Positions 50,631 through 63,289 of a stretch of DNA of 64,000 bases are shown here, in pieces. Both the position numbers and the translations under genes were made by a program. A model generated the notes under the pieces. The model worked only from the letters and a program-made list of their open reading frames with translations, was not told the origin of the DNA and made no database searches. The DNA comes from Hemiscyllium ocellatum (lineage: Eukaryota), in assembly GCF_020745735.1 (NCBI RefSeq), contig NC_083417.1, positions 38,006,001 through 38,070,000 of the forward strand, in the 5' to 3' direction. The stretch's first letter is position 1. Each line of letters starts with the position of its first letter.

Positions 50631-50657
<27 letters not shown>
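50631..50657. repeat. (GT)n microsatellite followed by GCGCGC
   Basis: About 13 GT units read directly. Confidence 0.95.
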
Positions 50658-50662
<5 letters not shown>

Positions 50663-50717
50663 CGTCCCCTGGCCTTGACTGATTGACTGTCTGTCGGAGA
50701 GGCCCGTGTCGGTGGCG

Positions 50718-50796
50718 ATGGCGATGAGGCTGCAGCAGCTGTGGAGCCAGGTTCGTTGTGTTGTGTTGGGGATGGTGCACCTGCGGGCGATGCCAG
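50718..50796 (+). CDS. BtpA-family gene coding exon 1
   Basis: MAMRLQQLWSQVRCVVLGMVHLRAMP(G)|gtgagg; the start could instead be the ATG at 50724. Confidence 0.85.
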
Positions 50797-53700
50797 GTGA
50801 GGGTCCGGTGCCGCCGCTGATCCCGGTGAGTCACTCACTGACAGACTGACACTCTGAGTCAATGTCGACATTGTGTTTTCAGGGGCTCCTCTCAGCAGCT
50901 GCTCAGTGTCTCAGATAACCAGGAAGGCCTGTGAAGAGGTGGAGGTGTACGTCAGTGCCGGAATCGTACGTATCTCTTAATTTATTTTCTCCTGTCTCCT
51001 CATTCCCCAACTGGCTTCAGCTCTTCACTGTCTGTTGTCGTTTTATTTATGTCGCTGTGTGACAGCAAATCTGATCACCGAAAGACCCTTCTCACGATGG
51101 ACTGATATTATTAAGAACCATTTTATGGTGTTGCAAACTCTTCACGTATTTTGCGATTATCCTTAATTGCTGGTCACTCAAGTTCCTAACTGCAATTAAG
51201 GGAAAAAAAGAAAGGGGTTAAAATTGTTAATCTACAGGCCTCCTGCTAACAGGAATGTTTTAGTTCAGACATCAGGAGGTTTGTAGTGCAAGCAAAAACC
51301 TTTCGTCGGAGACTTTAATTTCAGGTCCGTTAGCAGAGCAAAGTGGCTCGAAGTAAAGATTAAAATGATAGAGCTACGGAAAGGGTGTGTATGTATATAT
51401 CTTCTCACAACTTAGGGATGACATCCAGGAAATCCATTGCTGTCAGTGAATCATGACTGGTAATCTGAATTGGTTTGAATCAGCATTTTTTTTTGTTAGT
51501 AATTCCTTCTGTAAAATAGCTTGGATAAAAGTTAGAGTTGAATGAGGTGAACTGAGTTTTAAACAGTGCTGAAAAAACTTTCTGGGTTCAGTCATTTATA
51601 TTTGTGAAACATTATTCTCATTCAATGATTTTAAAAAATCTACAGGCTTTTAAAGTGCAATTTAAAAACAAAACCTGTATTTGTTCTCCCACCTGGATCT
51701 TATTTATTTTGCTTTCAATAATTTAATAAAACATAAATGATAAAACCTGCTTGTTATTTCTGGGTTTGTTGACAGTGAGAACTCTGCATTGTTATTGGCT
51801 GTTTCATAGACATGGTAGCATTGCTTTTATTGAATCATCCTCAGAAGCTGATTCCAAAATTAATTTAATGTCAAAAAAAATCAATTTCTTCACGCTTGCT
51901 ATATCTTTATGGACAGCTTTCTTTGATGGCAACAACAAGCATCATCACTTTGTCTCTCAACATAAGTTCTGGCAAAATGTTTTTATAATAACAGAATTAT
52001 GTTGGAAGAAAATTTCTAATTGGCAAAGCTATACTTTTTATTAAAATAAATGCTTTTACTATCACAAATGAAAACTTGCTGAGCAGATTTATATAGATGA
52101 AGGAACTAATGGCATTGTTGCCAAGCACGCAGATAATACAAAGATAGATGGCGGGAGATCACATTGTGGAAACAGGGAGGCTGCAGAAGGAATTGGACAG
52201 GCTAGGAGAATGGGCAATGATATGGCAGATGGAATACAATGTGGGAAAATGTGAAGATATGCTCTTTGGTAGGAAGAATAGAGACATAGGCTATTTTCTA
52301 AATGGAGAAAAGCTCCGGAAATTTGAAGCAAAGAGGAGCTTAAATTCTGTTCAGGATTCTCTTAACATGCAGGTTCTGTTGGCAGTTAGGAAGACAAGTG
52401 CAATGTTGGGATTCATTTTGAGAGGGCTGCAATACATCAGGAATGTAATGCTGAGGCTATATCAGGCTCTGGTCCGACTGCATTTGGAAAACTGTAATCC
52501 TGTACCTAAGGAAAGGTGTGCTAGTATTGGACGACTCCAAAGGAGGTTCTCAACAATGGAGTTTTGAAGGATGCTGGGAGGAGGAGCAGGGAGTGGTGTT
52601 GTCATTGAAACTTACAGAATACTGAGAGGCCTGGTTAGAGTGGATTTTGTTCAGTGGCTAGCATTGCTGCTTCACAGCACTAGGGATCCAGATTCAATTC
52701 CATCTTTGGACAACCGTCTGTGTGGAGTTGGTACGTTCAGCCAGTGTGTGTGTGAGTTTCCTCTGACTGCTCCAGTTCCCTCCCTCAGTCCAAAGATGTG
52801 CAGGTTTGGTGGATTGGCCATTCAGGGATCTGCATGTTAGGTGGATTAACTATATAGTAATTGTGGGATTATAGATTAGATTAGATTCCCTACAGTGTGG
52901 AAACAGGCCCTTCAGCCCAACAAGTCCACACCGAACCTCTGAAGGGCAACCCACCCAGACCCAGTCCCCTACATTCATCCCTGAGTAATGCACCTAACAC
53001 TACGGGCAATTTAGCATGGCCAGTTCGCCTAACCTACACATCTTTGGACTGTGGGAGGAAACCGGACCACCCGGAGGAAACCCACGCAGACACTGGGAGA
53101 ATGTGCAAACTCCACACAGATAGTTGCCCAAGGCTGGAATCAAACCTGGGTCCCTGGCGCTGTGAGGCAGCAGTGCTAACCACTGAGCCAAGGAAAGGAT
53201 GCTCTTCAGCGGGTCAGTGCAGACCTGATGAGCTGAATGGCCTCTATTTGTACTGTAGGGATTCTATGACTAGTAGGAAAGGCTAGCATCCAAGGATGCA
53301 GTCTCCGAGTGAAGGGACCACACTTCAGAACTGAGATAAGGAGGAATTTCTTCAGCCAGAGGGAGATGAATCTGTAGAACACATTGCTGCAGAAGGCTGT
53401 GGAGGCCAAGTCATTGAGTTTATTTAAGACAGAGAAATGTGTTCTTGATTAGTAAGAAGATCATAGGTTACAGGGAGAAGGAAAGAGAATGAATTTGGGA
53501 AACATATCAGATGTGATTGAATGGCGGAGCAGACTCAGTGGGCCGAATGACCTAAACGATCGTTGTCCATCGCGAACACTGATATATATGCGATATGTGT
53601 CTGAATTTATTCCATTGAAATAAAATAGTAAATTAAGGTTTGGAACTCATTAAAAATTGACAAAACCCTTTGACCTAGTGGTGGAAAAAAAGTCAAAACA

Positions 53701-56700
53701 ACACCAGTTGTAAAAGAGAGAAGAACAGACAAAGGAAGCACATGGTGAAGTCAGTGCAGGAGAGAGAGAGAGGAAAAAAAAGAGAAAGACACTGCCTTTA
53801 CTGTTTGAATTCATGTATCGCTGGACATCGGAGTGCGTCTGGGAAAATGGACAAACGGTGAACTTCACAACTGATCTTGGAGGAACTGTTGGGCGAAGTT
53901 CACCGCACAGAATCAGATAAGTGAATCGTCGTTTTAAGTGTGGCATACAGAAAGTCTGCATTAGTGAGTAGAGTGATTTAGATTAGATTAGATTATTTAC
54001 ACTGTGGAAACAGGCCCTTCGGCCCAACAAGTCCACACCGATCCGCCGAAGCGCAACCCACCCATACCCCTACATATACCCCTTACCTAACACTACAGGC
54101 AATTTAGCATGGCCAATTCACCTGACCCGCACATCTTTGGACTGTGGGAGGAAACCGGAGCACCCGGAGGAAACCCACGCAGACACAGGGAGAATGTGCA
54201 AACTCCACACAGTCAGTCGCCTGAGGCAGAAATTGAACCCAGGTCCCTGGCGCTGTGAGGCAGCAGTGCTAATCACTGTGCCACCGTGCTGCCCGTCATT
54301 CTTCATTATATGCTTTTAAGATATGTCTCTTGATTAAGCTTAAAATATAAGCCATAACTATTAATTTAACTTGGGGTAGTCTTTGTAGAGGAATAAAAGT
54401 GTTATTTTCTGGGTTTATAAGAGAGTGAAGGAGCAAACATGGCCTTTAGTAGAATGTTTTGTGCTTCTTGTCAGATGTGGGAGTTTAAAGAGCGTTTAAG
54501 GGTTACTGCAGACTATACCTGCCATAAATACTGTTGGTTGCGAATCTTATCAGATCAAATGGATTGGTTGGAGAGACCGTTAGAAGCAGTGAGGAATTTG
54601 CAACAGCAACCGTATGTAATGGGTGGCAGTTATAGGAAGGGGGGGGAAGTCTCAGATACAGTCACATAGATGGGTTAACTCCAGAAAAGGTAAGACAGAT
54701 GGGCAGCTAGTGCAGGAGTCTTTTATGGCTATAGCCATTTCAAACAGGTATGCTGTTTTGGAAAACGTAGGTGGTGATGGATTCTCAGGGGTATGTAACA
54801 TGAACAGCCAAGTTTCTGGTATTGAGAAGATGAATTGTGTTAGGGGGACTCTCTAGTCTGAGGCACAGACAGACGTTTCTGTGGCCAGCAGCGAAAAATC
54901 AGAATGGTGTGTTGCTTCCCTGGTGCCAGGAATAAGGATGTCTCAGAAAGGGTGCAGAATGTCCTCACTGGGGGAGACAGGCCAGCAAGAGGTAATTGTG
55001 CACATTGGAGCCAACGACATAGGAAGGGAAAAGATTGAGATTTGGAAATGAGATTACAGAGAATTAGGCAGGAATTTAAAAAGAGGTCCTCGAGAGTAGT
55101 AATATCTGGATTACTCCCAGTGCTGCGAGCTAGTGAGGGCAGGAATAGGAGGATAGAGCAGATGAATGCATGGCTAAGGAGCTGGTGTATGGGAGAAAGA
55201 TTCACATTTATGGATCATTGGAATCTCTTGGGGTAGAAGTGACCTGTACAAGAAGGACGGATTGCACCTAAATTGGAAGGGAACTAACATACTAGCAGGG
55301 AAATTTGCTCGAGCTACTCTGGAGGATTTAAACTAGTAAGGTGTCGGGGTGGATCCCAGGGAGTTGGTGAGGAAAGAAGTCTGAGACTGGTACAGTTGAG
55401 ATCAGAAACGAGTCAAACAGTCAGGGCCAAGGTAGAACTAATAAATTAAACTACATTTATTTCAATGCAAGGGGCCTAACAGGGAAGGCAGATGAACTCA
55501 GGGCATGGTTAGGAACATGGGACTGGGATATCATAGCAATTACAGAAACATGGCTCAGGGATGGGCAGGACTGGCAGCTTAATGTTCCAGGATACAAATG
55601 CTACAGGAAGGATAGAAAGGGAGGCAAGAGAGGAGGGGGAGTGGCATTTTTGATAAGGGAAAGCATTACAGCTCTGCTGAGAGAGGATATTCCTGGAAAT
55701 ATATCCAGGGAAATTATTTGGGTGGAACTGAGAAATAAGAAAGGGATGATCACCTTATTGGGATTGTATTATAGACCTCCTAATAGTCAGAGGGAAATTG
55801 AGAAACAAACTTGTAAGGAGATCTCCGCTATCTGTCAGAATAATAGGGTGGTTATGGTAGGGGATTTTAACTTTCCAAACCTAGACTGGGACTGCCATAG
55901 TGTCAAGGGCTTATTAAGTGTGCACAAGACCATTTTCTGATTCAGTATGTGAATGTACCTACTAGAGAAGGTGCAAAACGTGACCTACTCTTGGAAAATA
56001 AGGCAGGGCAGGTGACTGAGGTGTCAGTGGGAGAGCATTTGGGGCTAGTGACCATGATTCTATTAGATTTAACATAGTGATGGAAAAGGATAGACCAGAT
56101 CTAAAAGTTGAAGTTCTAAATTGGAGAAAAGCCAATTTTGACGGTATTAGGCAAGAACTTTCGAAAGTTGATTGGGGACAGGTGTTCACAGGTAAAGGGA
56201 CGCCTGGAAAATAGGAAGCCTTCAGAAGTGAGATGATGAGAATCCAGAGAAAGTATATTCCTGTTAAGGTGAAAGGAAAGGCTGGTAGGTATAGGGAATG
56301 CTGGATAGATTGAGTGAATCCTTAGAAGAGTATACAGGCAGTAGGAGTATACTTAAGAGGGCAAAAAGGGGACATGAAATAGCTTTGGTAAACAGAATTA
56401 AGGAGAATCCAAAGTGTTTTTACAAATACAGTTAAGGACAAAAGGGCAACTAGGGAGAGAATAAGGCCCCTCACACATCAGCAAGGTGGCCTTTGTTGGA
56501 CCTGCAGAAAATGGGGGAGATACTAAATGATTTTGCATCATTATTTACTGTGGAAAAGGATATGGAAGATATAGACTGTAGGGATATAGATGGTGACACC
56601 TTTTCAAAATGTTCATATTACAGAGGAGGAAGTGCTGGATGTCTTGAAATGCATAAAGGTGGATTGATCCCCAGGTGTACCCTAGAACTCTGTGGGAAGC

Positions 56701-59700
56701 TAGACATGCGATTGCTGGACTTCTTGCTGAGATAGTCACAGGTGAGGTGCTGGAAGACTGGAGATTGGCTAACGTGGTGCCACTGTTTAAGAAGGGTGGT
56801 AAGGACAAGCCAGGGAACTATAGACCAATGAGCCTGACCTCAGTGGTGGGCAAGTTATTGGAGGGAATCCTGAGGGACAGGATGTACATGTATTTGGAAA
56901 GGCAAGGACTGATTAGTCAACATGGCATTGTGCGTGGGAAGTCATGTCTCACAAACTTGATTTTGTTTTTTGAAGAAGTAACAAAGAGGATTGATGAGGA
57001 CAGAGTGGTAGATGTGATCCATATGGAATTCAGTAAGGCGTTTGACAAGGGTCCACATGGGAGACTGATTAGTAAGGTTAGATCTCACGGAATACGGGGA
57101 GAACTAGCCATTTGGATACAGAACTGGCTCAAAGGTAGAAGACAGAAGATGGTGGTAGAGGATTGTTTTTCAGACTGGAGGCCTGTGACCATTGGACTGT
57201 GACAAGGATCGGTACTGGGACCTCTACCTTTTGTCATTTACATAAATGATTTGGATGCGAGCATAAGAGGTACAGTTAGTAGGTTTGCAGATGACACCAA
57301 AATTGGAAGTGTAGTGGACAGCGAAGAGAGTTGCCTCAGATTACAGCAGGATCTTGACCAGATGCGACAGGTGGGCTGAGAAGTGACAGATGGAGTTTAA
57401 TTCAGATAAATGTGAGGTGCTGCATTTTGGGAAAGCACATCTTAGCAGGACTTATACACTTCATGATAAGGTCCTCGGGAGTGTTGCTGAACAAAGAGAC
57501 CTTGGAGTGCAGGTTCATAGCTCCTTGAAAGTGAAGTCGCAGGTAGATAGGATAGTGAAGATGATGTTTGGTATGCTTTCTTTTATTGGTCAGAGTATTG
57601 AGTAGGGGAGGTGGGAAGTCATGTTGCGGCTGTACAGGAGATTGGTTAGGCCACTGTTGGAATATTGCGTGCATTTTGCTCTCCTTCCTATCGGAAAGAT
57701 GTTGTGAAACTTGAAAACGTTCAGAAAAGATTTACAAGGATGTTGCCAGGGTTGGAAGATTTGAGCTATAGGCTGGGTCTGTTTTCCCTGGAGCGTCGGA
57801 GGCTGAGGGGTGACCTTCTAGAAGTTTACAAAATTATGAGGGGCATGGATAGGGTAAATAGGCAAAGTCTTTTCCCTGGGGTTGGGGATTTCAGAACTAG
57901 AGAGCATAGGTTTAGGTTGAGAGGGGAAAGATATAAAAAAGACCTAAGGGGCAACTTTTTCCCACAGAGGGTGTTATGTGTATGGAATGAGCTGCCAGCG
58001 GAAGTGGTGGAGGCTGGTACAATTGCAACATTCAAAAGGAATTTGGATCGGTATATGAATAGGAAGGGTTTGGAGCGATATGGGCCAGGTGCTGGCAGGT
58101 GGGACAAGATTGGGTTGGGATATCTGGTCGGCATGAACGGGTTGGTCCGAAGGGTCTGTTCTCATGCTGTACATCTCTATGACTCTATTTAAAGGAGTTT
58201 TACAGTGTATCTGTAAAACTCTGTACAGAAACAGACCACAGGCTCAACAGGTTCATGCTGGTATTGATACTGCATGAATCTCCTTCATACATCTTTTATC
58301 TAACCCCATTAGTATATCCCTCTATTCTTCCTCCCTCATGTATAACCACTTTAAGTGGTGCTATACTCATTTCTTCATTCTAATCACTCTGGGTAAATAA
58401 TTCACTCATCAATTTCCCCTCTGGCCTCTAATTCCATTTGGTCCACAAGTGGATATACATTCTCTATGTCTACCCTATCAAATAATTCCAAAATCCTTCA
58501 GCTCCAGTCAGATCAGATAAGATTAACATTGCTACCTTACAACGCCATGGACCATATCTGCACACTGATTCAATTCCACCTTTCAACAAGAATGTGTGGA
58601 GCTTGCACATTCTTCCCATGTAAGTGTGGGTTTCTTCCAGATGCTCTGGTTTTCTCCCACAGTCCAATGATGTGCAGGTTAGGTGGATTGGCCATGCTGA
58701 ATTGCCCTATGGCATGCAGAGATGTGCAGGCGAGGTGAATTAGCCATGCGAAATGCAGGGTTATAGGGATAACGTAGGGAGATGGATCTGGGTGGGATGC
58801 TCTTCAGAGGATTGGTGTGGACTTGATGGACTGAATGGCCTGCTTCCACGGTGTAGGGATTTTAAAAAAGATCACCCATCATTTTTGGAGATTCAGAAAT
58901 TGTTTATTTGAGTTGGAAAATTGAAAATATAACTCCACTATTTTTGTGAGCGTTCCAATTGTTGGTAAAATATTATTGGCACCTATTAAGGATAAAGTGA
59001 GAAGTGAGCACTGAGACTCAACATGAATTTATAAAGGATGACTTGTGTATTATAAAAATTATTCAGGTTTTAGAGTAAGTTGAATATAGTAGATCCTATT
59101 GGGTGTTTTTTGTTTAATTAATTCACAGGATGAGGGTGTTGTTTGTGGCTAAACCAGAATTTATTGCCCATCCTTCATTACCCAAAGGGCAGTTAAGAGT
59201 CAACCACATTTTCCAGCAATTGACAATGGATTCACAGTTATCATTGGATTCTGAATTCCAGATTTTTATTGAATTCAAATTCTACCATCTGCTGTGATAG
59301 GATTCAAAGACAGCTCCCCAGATCATTACATGGGTCTCTGGATTAATAGTTTAGTGATGATATCACTAGGCCTCAAGTGTAGTTTATGTGAGCTTGCAGA
59401 ATGTGTGTAATAAGATCCAACATAAGAGACTTTCAATTAAAACTAATTTTTGTGGAAGTGAAGACAAATTATTGATGTTGTTAGGAAATTGGTGAAACGG
59501 TAGAAGACAGAGTAGGGATAAAGGGTTTATATTTGAATTGGGAGGACGTAATTAGTGGTGTCCTACAGATTCTAAATTGGGGGTTCTATAACCTCGCATA
59601 AAAGAGTGCTATAAATTCAGGTTTATGGTGACACGAAGATATATGTTATGGAGACAAAAGTATAACATTACAAAAAGATGTTTATAGATGAAATGAGTGT

Positions 59701-62497
59701 GACAAATTGTGGCAAATGGATTTTAACACTGTGAAGAATGAAGTCACACATTTTAACCAAGGAAAGAGTGAAATTGAATCATTTCAAATGGTGAGAAATT
59801 AGCAACAGCTGTGAATTGAATACACTTAACAGTCTTTGAACATTGATCACCAATATGAAGAAATCTCCATGGATTAGTTGGACTGACTGGTCTGTTTCTG
59901 TGATGTATGGCTCCATGATTGAACGAAATCTAGGTCAGTGGAATATAATATCAGAATCAACACATTCAAGTTGCTTCACAGTGGCCTCAATTTGTACACT
60001 GAACAGTCTAACTGCCATATATATGGGATAAGACATCAAATCTGGTTTATAGCATGTTTGGGGTCCACAAGATGCTAGACAGAAGTCAAGGACTGTAGAC
60101 ATCGTTCTAGAAGCTGCTTGATTTCCTTTTCCTGTACTCAGGGCAGCATGGTGGCACAGTGGTTAGCACTTCTGCCTAACAGTGCCAGGCACCCAGGATC
60201 AATTCCAACCTTGGTGATTATGTGCAGTTTGCATAAGTTTCTGCCAGGTGCTCCAGTTTTCTCCCACAGTCCAAAGATGTGCTAGTTAGGTGAATTAGCC
60301 ATGTTATTGTGTGCAGATAGGTGGATTAACCAATGTAAATGCAGTTACAGGGTTTGGGTGGGATGCTGCTCAGAAGGTCAGTGCAGAACCGATGGGCCAA
60401 GTGGCCTCTATCTGCACTGTAAGGATGCTGAGTAATGCGTGTGTTTCCAGTAAGTTATACTTAATTTGCATCTTTTTAACCGAGAACAACATCACAAGAA
60501 ACCTCAGAAAAGCATAGTCAGACCAAACTTTGAGATTTTAAGCAGACATGACTGAAATCTAGGTCATAGTGGATTTTAAGGAGTTGTGAAATATATCTTT
60601 GCATAAATATGCGTACTTGGCTTGCAATATTAAAATCTACTAATCAGCTACTATATACCTAAGCAGACGAAATTGTAAGAAGAAATGGAGATGCAGAATT
60701 ATAAATAATTTTAATAACTGAAATTGCATTCTTCAGATCCATTTATTTTAAGTCAAATAAGCTCACTGTAAATGAAAAGTTTCATTTTTAAAACTAGTTT
60801 TTGAGTTTTGCTGAGTAAAATATTATGACATTAGTTGATATGAAATAAAGATATTACAATAAGTATAATTATTCACCTAATCTTTCTGGATGTATTTGAT
60901 CTCCAAAGGATGGATTGATTGTGGAAAATATGCACGATATTCCTTACAGCATGACTGTTGGTCCAGAAGTAACCGCCATCATGGCAACTATCTGTGCTAC
61001 TGTGAGAAACTCTTATCCCAATATTCCTCTGGGTATTCAGATTCTTTCTGCAGCCAATCAGCAAGCATTGGCCGTTGCACTTGCTGCAGGTGTGTATAGC
61101 AGAGCAAAAAATTGCATTGTAACCATAAGTAGAGTACTGAAACAGAGTGCTTGAATTTACAAGTTGATGCATAATCATAAGATACAACAATGATAACCTT
61201 CAGTTTTGCCTATTTTATCTTTCAAGGAGTAACCAAGGTACTTTGGAAAATACTTGTGAATCTTGAAATTCTGATATAGTAGTCTTTACTTCAAAAGATT
61301 AATGGTCAATTTCTTTGGCTGTTGTATCTGAGTGGTCAAGATCAAATATAATCTTCAAATTAGAGATTGAGGACAGTTGTAGAGATGAATCCAAATAGTT
61401 ACTGATGTTTTAAATATCCAATAAACCAATCTAGATTGGAATTATTTCTATGATGTAAATGTCATGAATTCCTCCACTTGCTGAGATCACAGTCAAGCCT
61501 TCAGAAAGACCTCATGAGAAACAGTTTCAAAATGCCATGAGCAAAATGTTTTGATAATTGGGAAAATTTGCAGACAGTTCTAAAACCATGAAATGGACCT
61601 TCTTTAGGAGTAAAAAGAACATTTTTTCGGACATGCTTGCATATCTTTTTATTAGAAAAATAGCAGTAAAGCAGCACCAGCACAACCTGTATATGCAAAG
61701 TCAAACCTTAACGTGTCAGATACAACTGCTTTCTGTGTCTTAGGTAATATTGTTCCACACGTTGAGATTTGTATGCTGAAGTTATTGCTCATATAAAATA
61801 TGTCAATGTCTTGGAAACCAATGTGCAGTGTATTCCAGCCATAAATCATCATCTTTGTTCTAGGATCAGACATAACTTTCTCTGACAATCAGGTATTAAA
61901 GAACATAGAATCAAAAAGAAAATAAGACCATGAGACGTAGGAGCAGAGGTTAGGCCATTCAACCCATTGAGTCTGCTCCACCATTCAATCATGGCTGAGA
62001 GGTTTCTCAACCCATTCTCCTGCTTTCTGCCCGTAACCCTTGATCTGCTTGACAATCAAGAATCTATCTCCGTCTTAAATACACTGAATGACCTGGCCTC
62101 CACAGCCTTCTGTGATAATGAATTCCATTGGTTCTGGCTGAAGAGGTTTCTCCTTATCTCGTTCTAAAAGATCTTCCCTTTACTCTAAAATGCCATTTAT
62201 TTGGTAGAAGTTTGAAACCAACAGGAAGTAAAACAATGTGGATGAATATAATTGCTGTACTCAGCTATTCTGTAATATTTTTGTTTTAGAATATGTCTCT
62301 CCTCAGAACAAACTTAATGACTGTAAATGCATATTATCTTTTCTAGATGCTGATTTTATTCGAGCTGAAGGTTTTGTGTTCTCGCAAATTTCAGATGAAG
62401 GATTTTTAAATGCATGCGCTGGTGACCTTTTGAGATATCGCAAACAAATAGGAGCTGAACACATTCAAATTTTTACTGACATTAAAAAAAAACACAG
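50718..62497 (+). CDS. BtpA/SgcQ-family protein (F13E9.13-like, TIM-barrel), first four coding exons 50718-50796, 50883-50965, 60909-61089, 62347-62497; continues beyond the right edge
   Basis: Spliced product carries family motifs GMVHLRAMPG, DGLIVENMHDIPY, PLGIQIL, DFIRAEGFVF, DEG and IFTDIKKKH. GT-AG sites and phases 1, 0, 1 are consistent. Confidence 0.9.
50883..50965 (+). CDS. BtpA-family gene coding exon 2
   Basis: ttttcag|(G)APLSSCSVSQITRKACEEVEVYVSAGI|gtacgt. Confidence 0.87.
52090..53555 (+). mobile_element. CR1 3' fragment with a + SINE (~52648-53270) that itself holds a - SINE (~52873-53190)
   Basis: ORF 52148 LQKELDRLGEWAMIWQMEYNVGKC; SINE heads and tails in opposite orientations. 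Confidence 0.82.
53977..54294 (-). mobile_element. HE1-type V-SINE
   Basis: Near-identical to 15275-15578. Confidence 0.93.
54310..58188 (+). mobile_element. Near full-length CR1 LINE (ORF1 Zn-finger/esterase; ORF2 APE-RT), inactivated by stops and frameshifts
   Basis: ORF1 MAFSRMFCASCQMWE; APE GLYYRPP, VGDFNFP; RT NYRPMSLTSVVGKLLE, FSKAFDK; tail CTCTATGACTCTAT. Confidence 0.95.
58590..58860 (+). mobile_element. V-SINE (decayed, head missing)
   Basis: V-domain TTTCTCCCACAGTCCAA...GTGCAGGTTAGGTGGATTGGCC and tail GTGTAGGGAT. Confidence 0.75.
60141..60425 (+). mobile_element. V-SINE (decayed)
   Basis: GGGCAGCATGGTGGCACAGTGGTTAGCAC head and V-domain. Confidence 0.8.
60909..61089 (+). CDS. BtpA-family gene coding exon 3
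   Basis: DGLIVENMHDIPYSMTVGPEVTAIMATICATVRNSYPNIPLGIQILSAANQQALAVALAA; ORF 60915..61154. Confidence 0.92.
62347..62497 (+). CDS. BtpA-family gene coding exon 4
   Basis: ttctag|(D)ADFIRAEGFVFSQISDEGFLNACAGDLLRYRKQIGAEHIQIFTDIKKKH|gtattg. Confidence 0.92.
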
Positions 62498-63289
62498 GTA
62501 TTGCTAAAAGTGCTAATTATTAAAGTTTATTTAATTTATTGGTTAATATCAGACATACAGAGGTGTGTGAGATAGTTTCCTCTTTGTAACAAGACATTGA
62601 CTATAACAGCAGGGAGGCAATGCTTAAGTTTCTAAAAGTTAGTTAGGCTACAGTTGGAGTAGCCTTTTATAGTTTTGATCATTATATTAGAGGAAAGATG
62701 TGGTCAAATTAGAGAGAGTACTGATAAGATTTCCAAGTGTGTTGATAAGAATGGAAAATTTTAGCAAGTAGGAAAAATTGGATAGACCAGGGCTGTTTTC
62801 TGTGGAACAGAGGAGAATGTGTGGCATTTAATGAAGCTGTACAAAATTGTGAGAAATTTAAACAAAGAGGCAATATCCAGGGCTTTTAGATTTAGAATAA
62901 TTGTTGAGAAGCTATCTTTTCACCCAAAAGGTGGTGCAGATCTGGAATTCCGTGTTCTAAAGGGTAGATGAAGCAGGAAAAACACATCACATTTAAAAAT
63001 AATGAAAATGTTTGAATTATGAAAATTAGAGCTGGAAATTGAATTGAGGTTATATAGCTTTTTTTTTGTTCACTATCAATATGCTAACCAAATGGCGATC
63101 TCCTGTCTGTATATTTTCTGTTTGGAAGGTCTATCTCATCTGATGTGAAATGGGTTAACCCTCCTGATATTTGTAATTTCTTTTTATCCCACGTATTTTC
63201 AATTCTTTAAATTAAATTATTTAAATTTAATTAAATTAGTTTTTTAAAATGTAAGCTACTAATAGCTAGAAAAGAGGAATTAGAATGGC

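Larger units (their letters stand above)
49480..50720. promoter_or_regulatory. CpG-island bidirectional promoter shared by CCNE1 (-) and the BtpA-family gene (+)
   Basis: GC/CpG-rich. E2F-type TGGCGGGA (49980-49987) next to TTTAAA (49970-49975), NRF1-like GCGCCTGCGC (~49953), ETS GGAAGT (~50012), and several Sp/KLF boxes. Start codons are 1.3 kb apart and divergent. Confidence 0.75.

Noticed and set aside
49502-50871. Long overlapping ORFs (222, 221 and 149 aa) in the CCNE1 CpG island
   Set aside because: Stop-poor GC-rich sequence that crosses a TE fragment and a GT microsatellite; no domain recognised.
54439-58188. Active autonomous CR1
   Set aside because: ORF1 and ORF2 are broken into many short ORFs by stops, frameshifts and deletions.
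50718-62497. Recent horizontal transfer or bacterial contamination for the BtpA-like gene
   Set aside because: It has canonical spliceosomal introns filled with host TEs, and animal homologues of this family are known.
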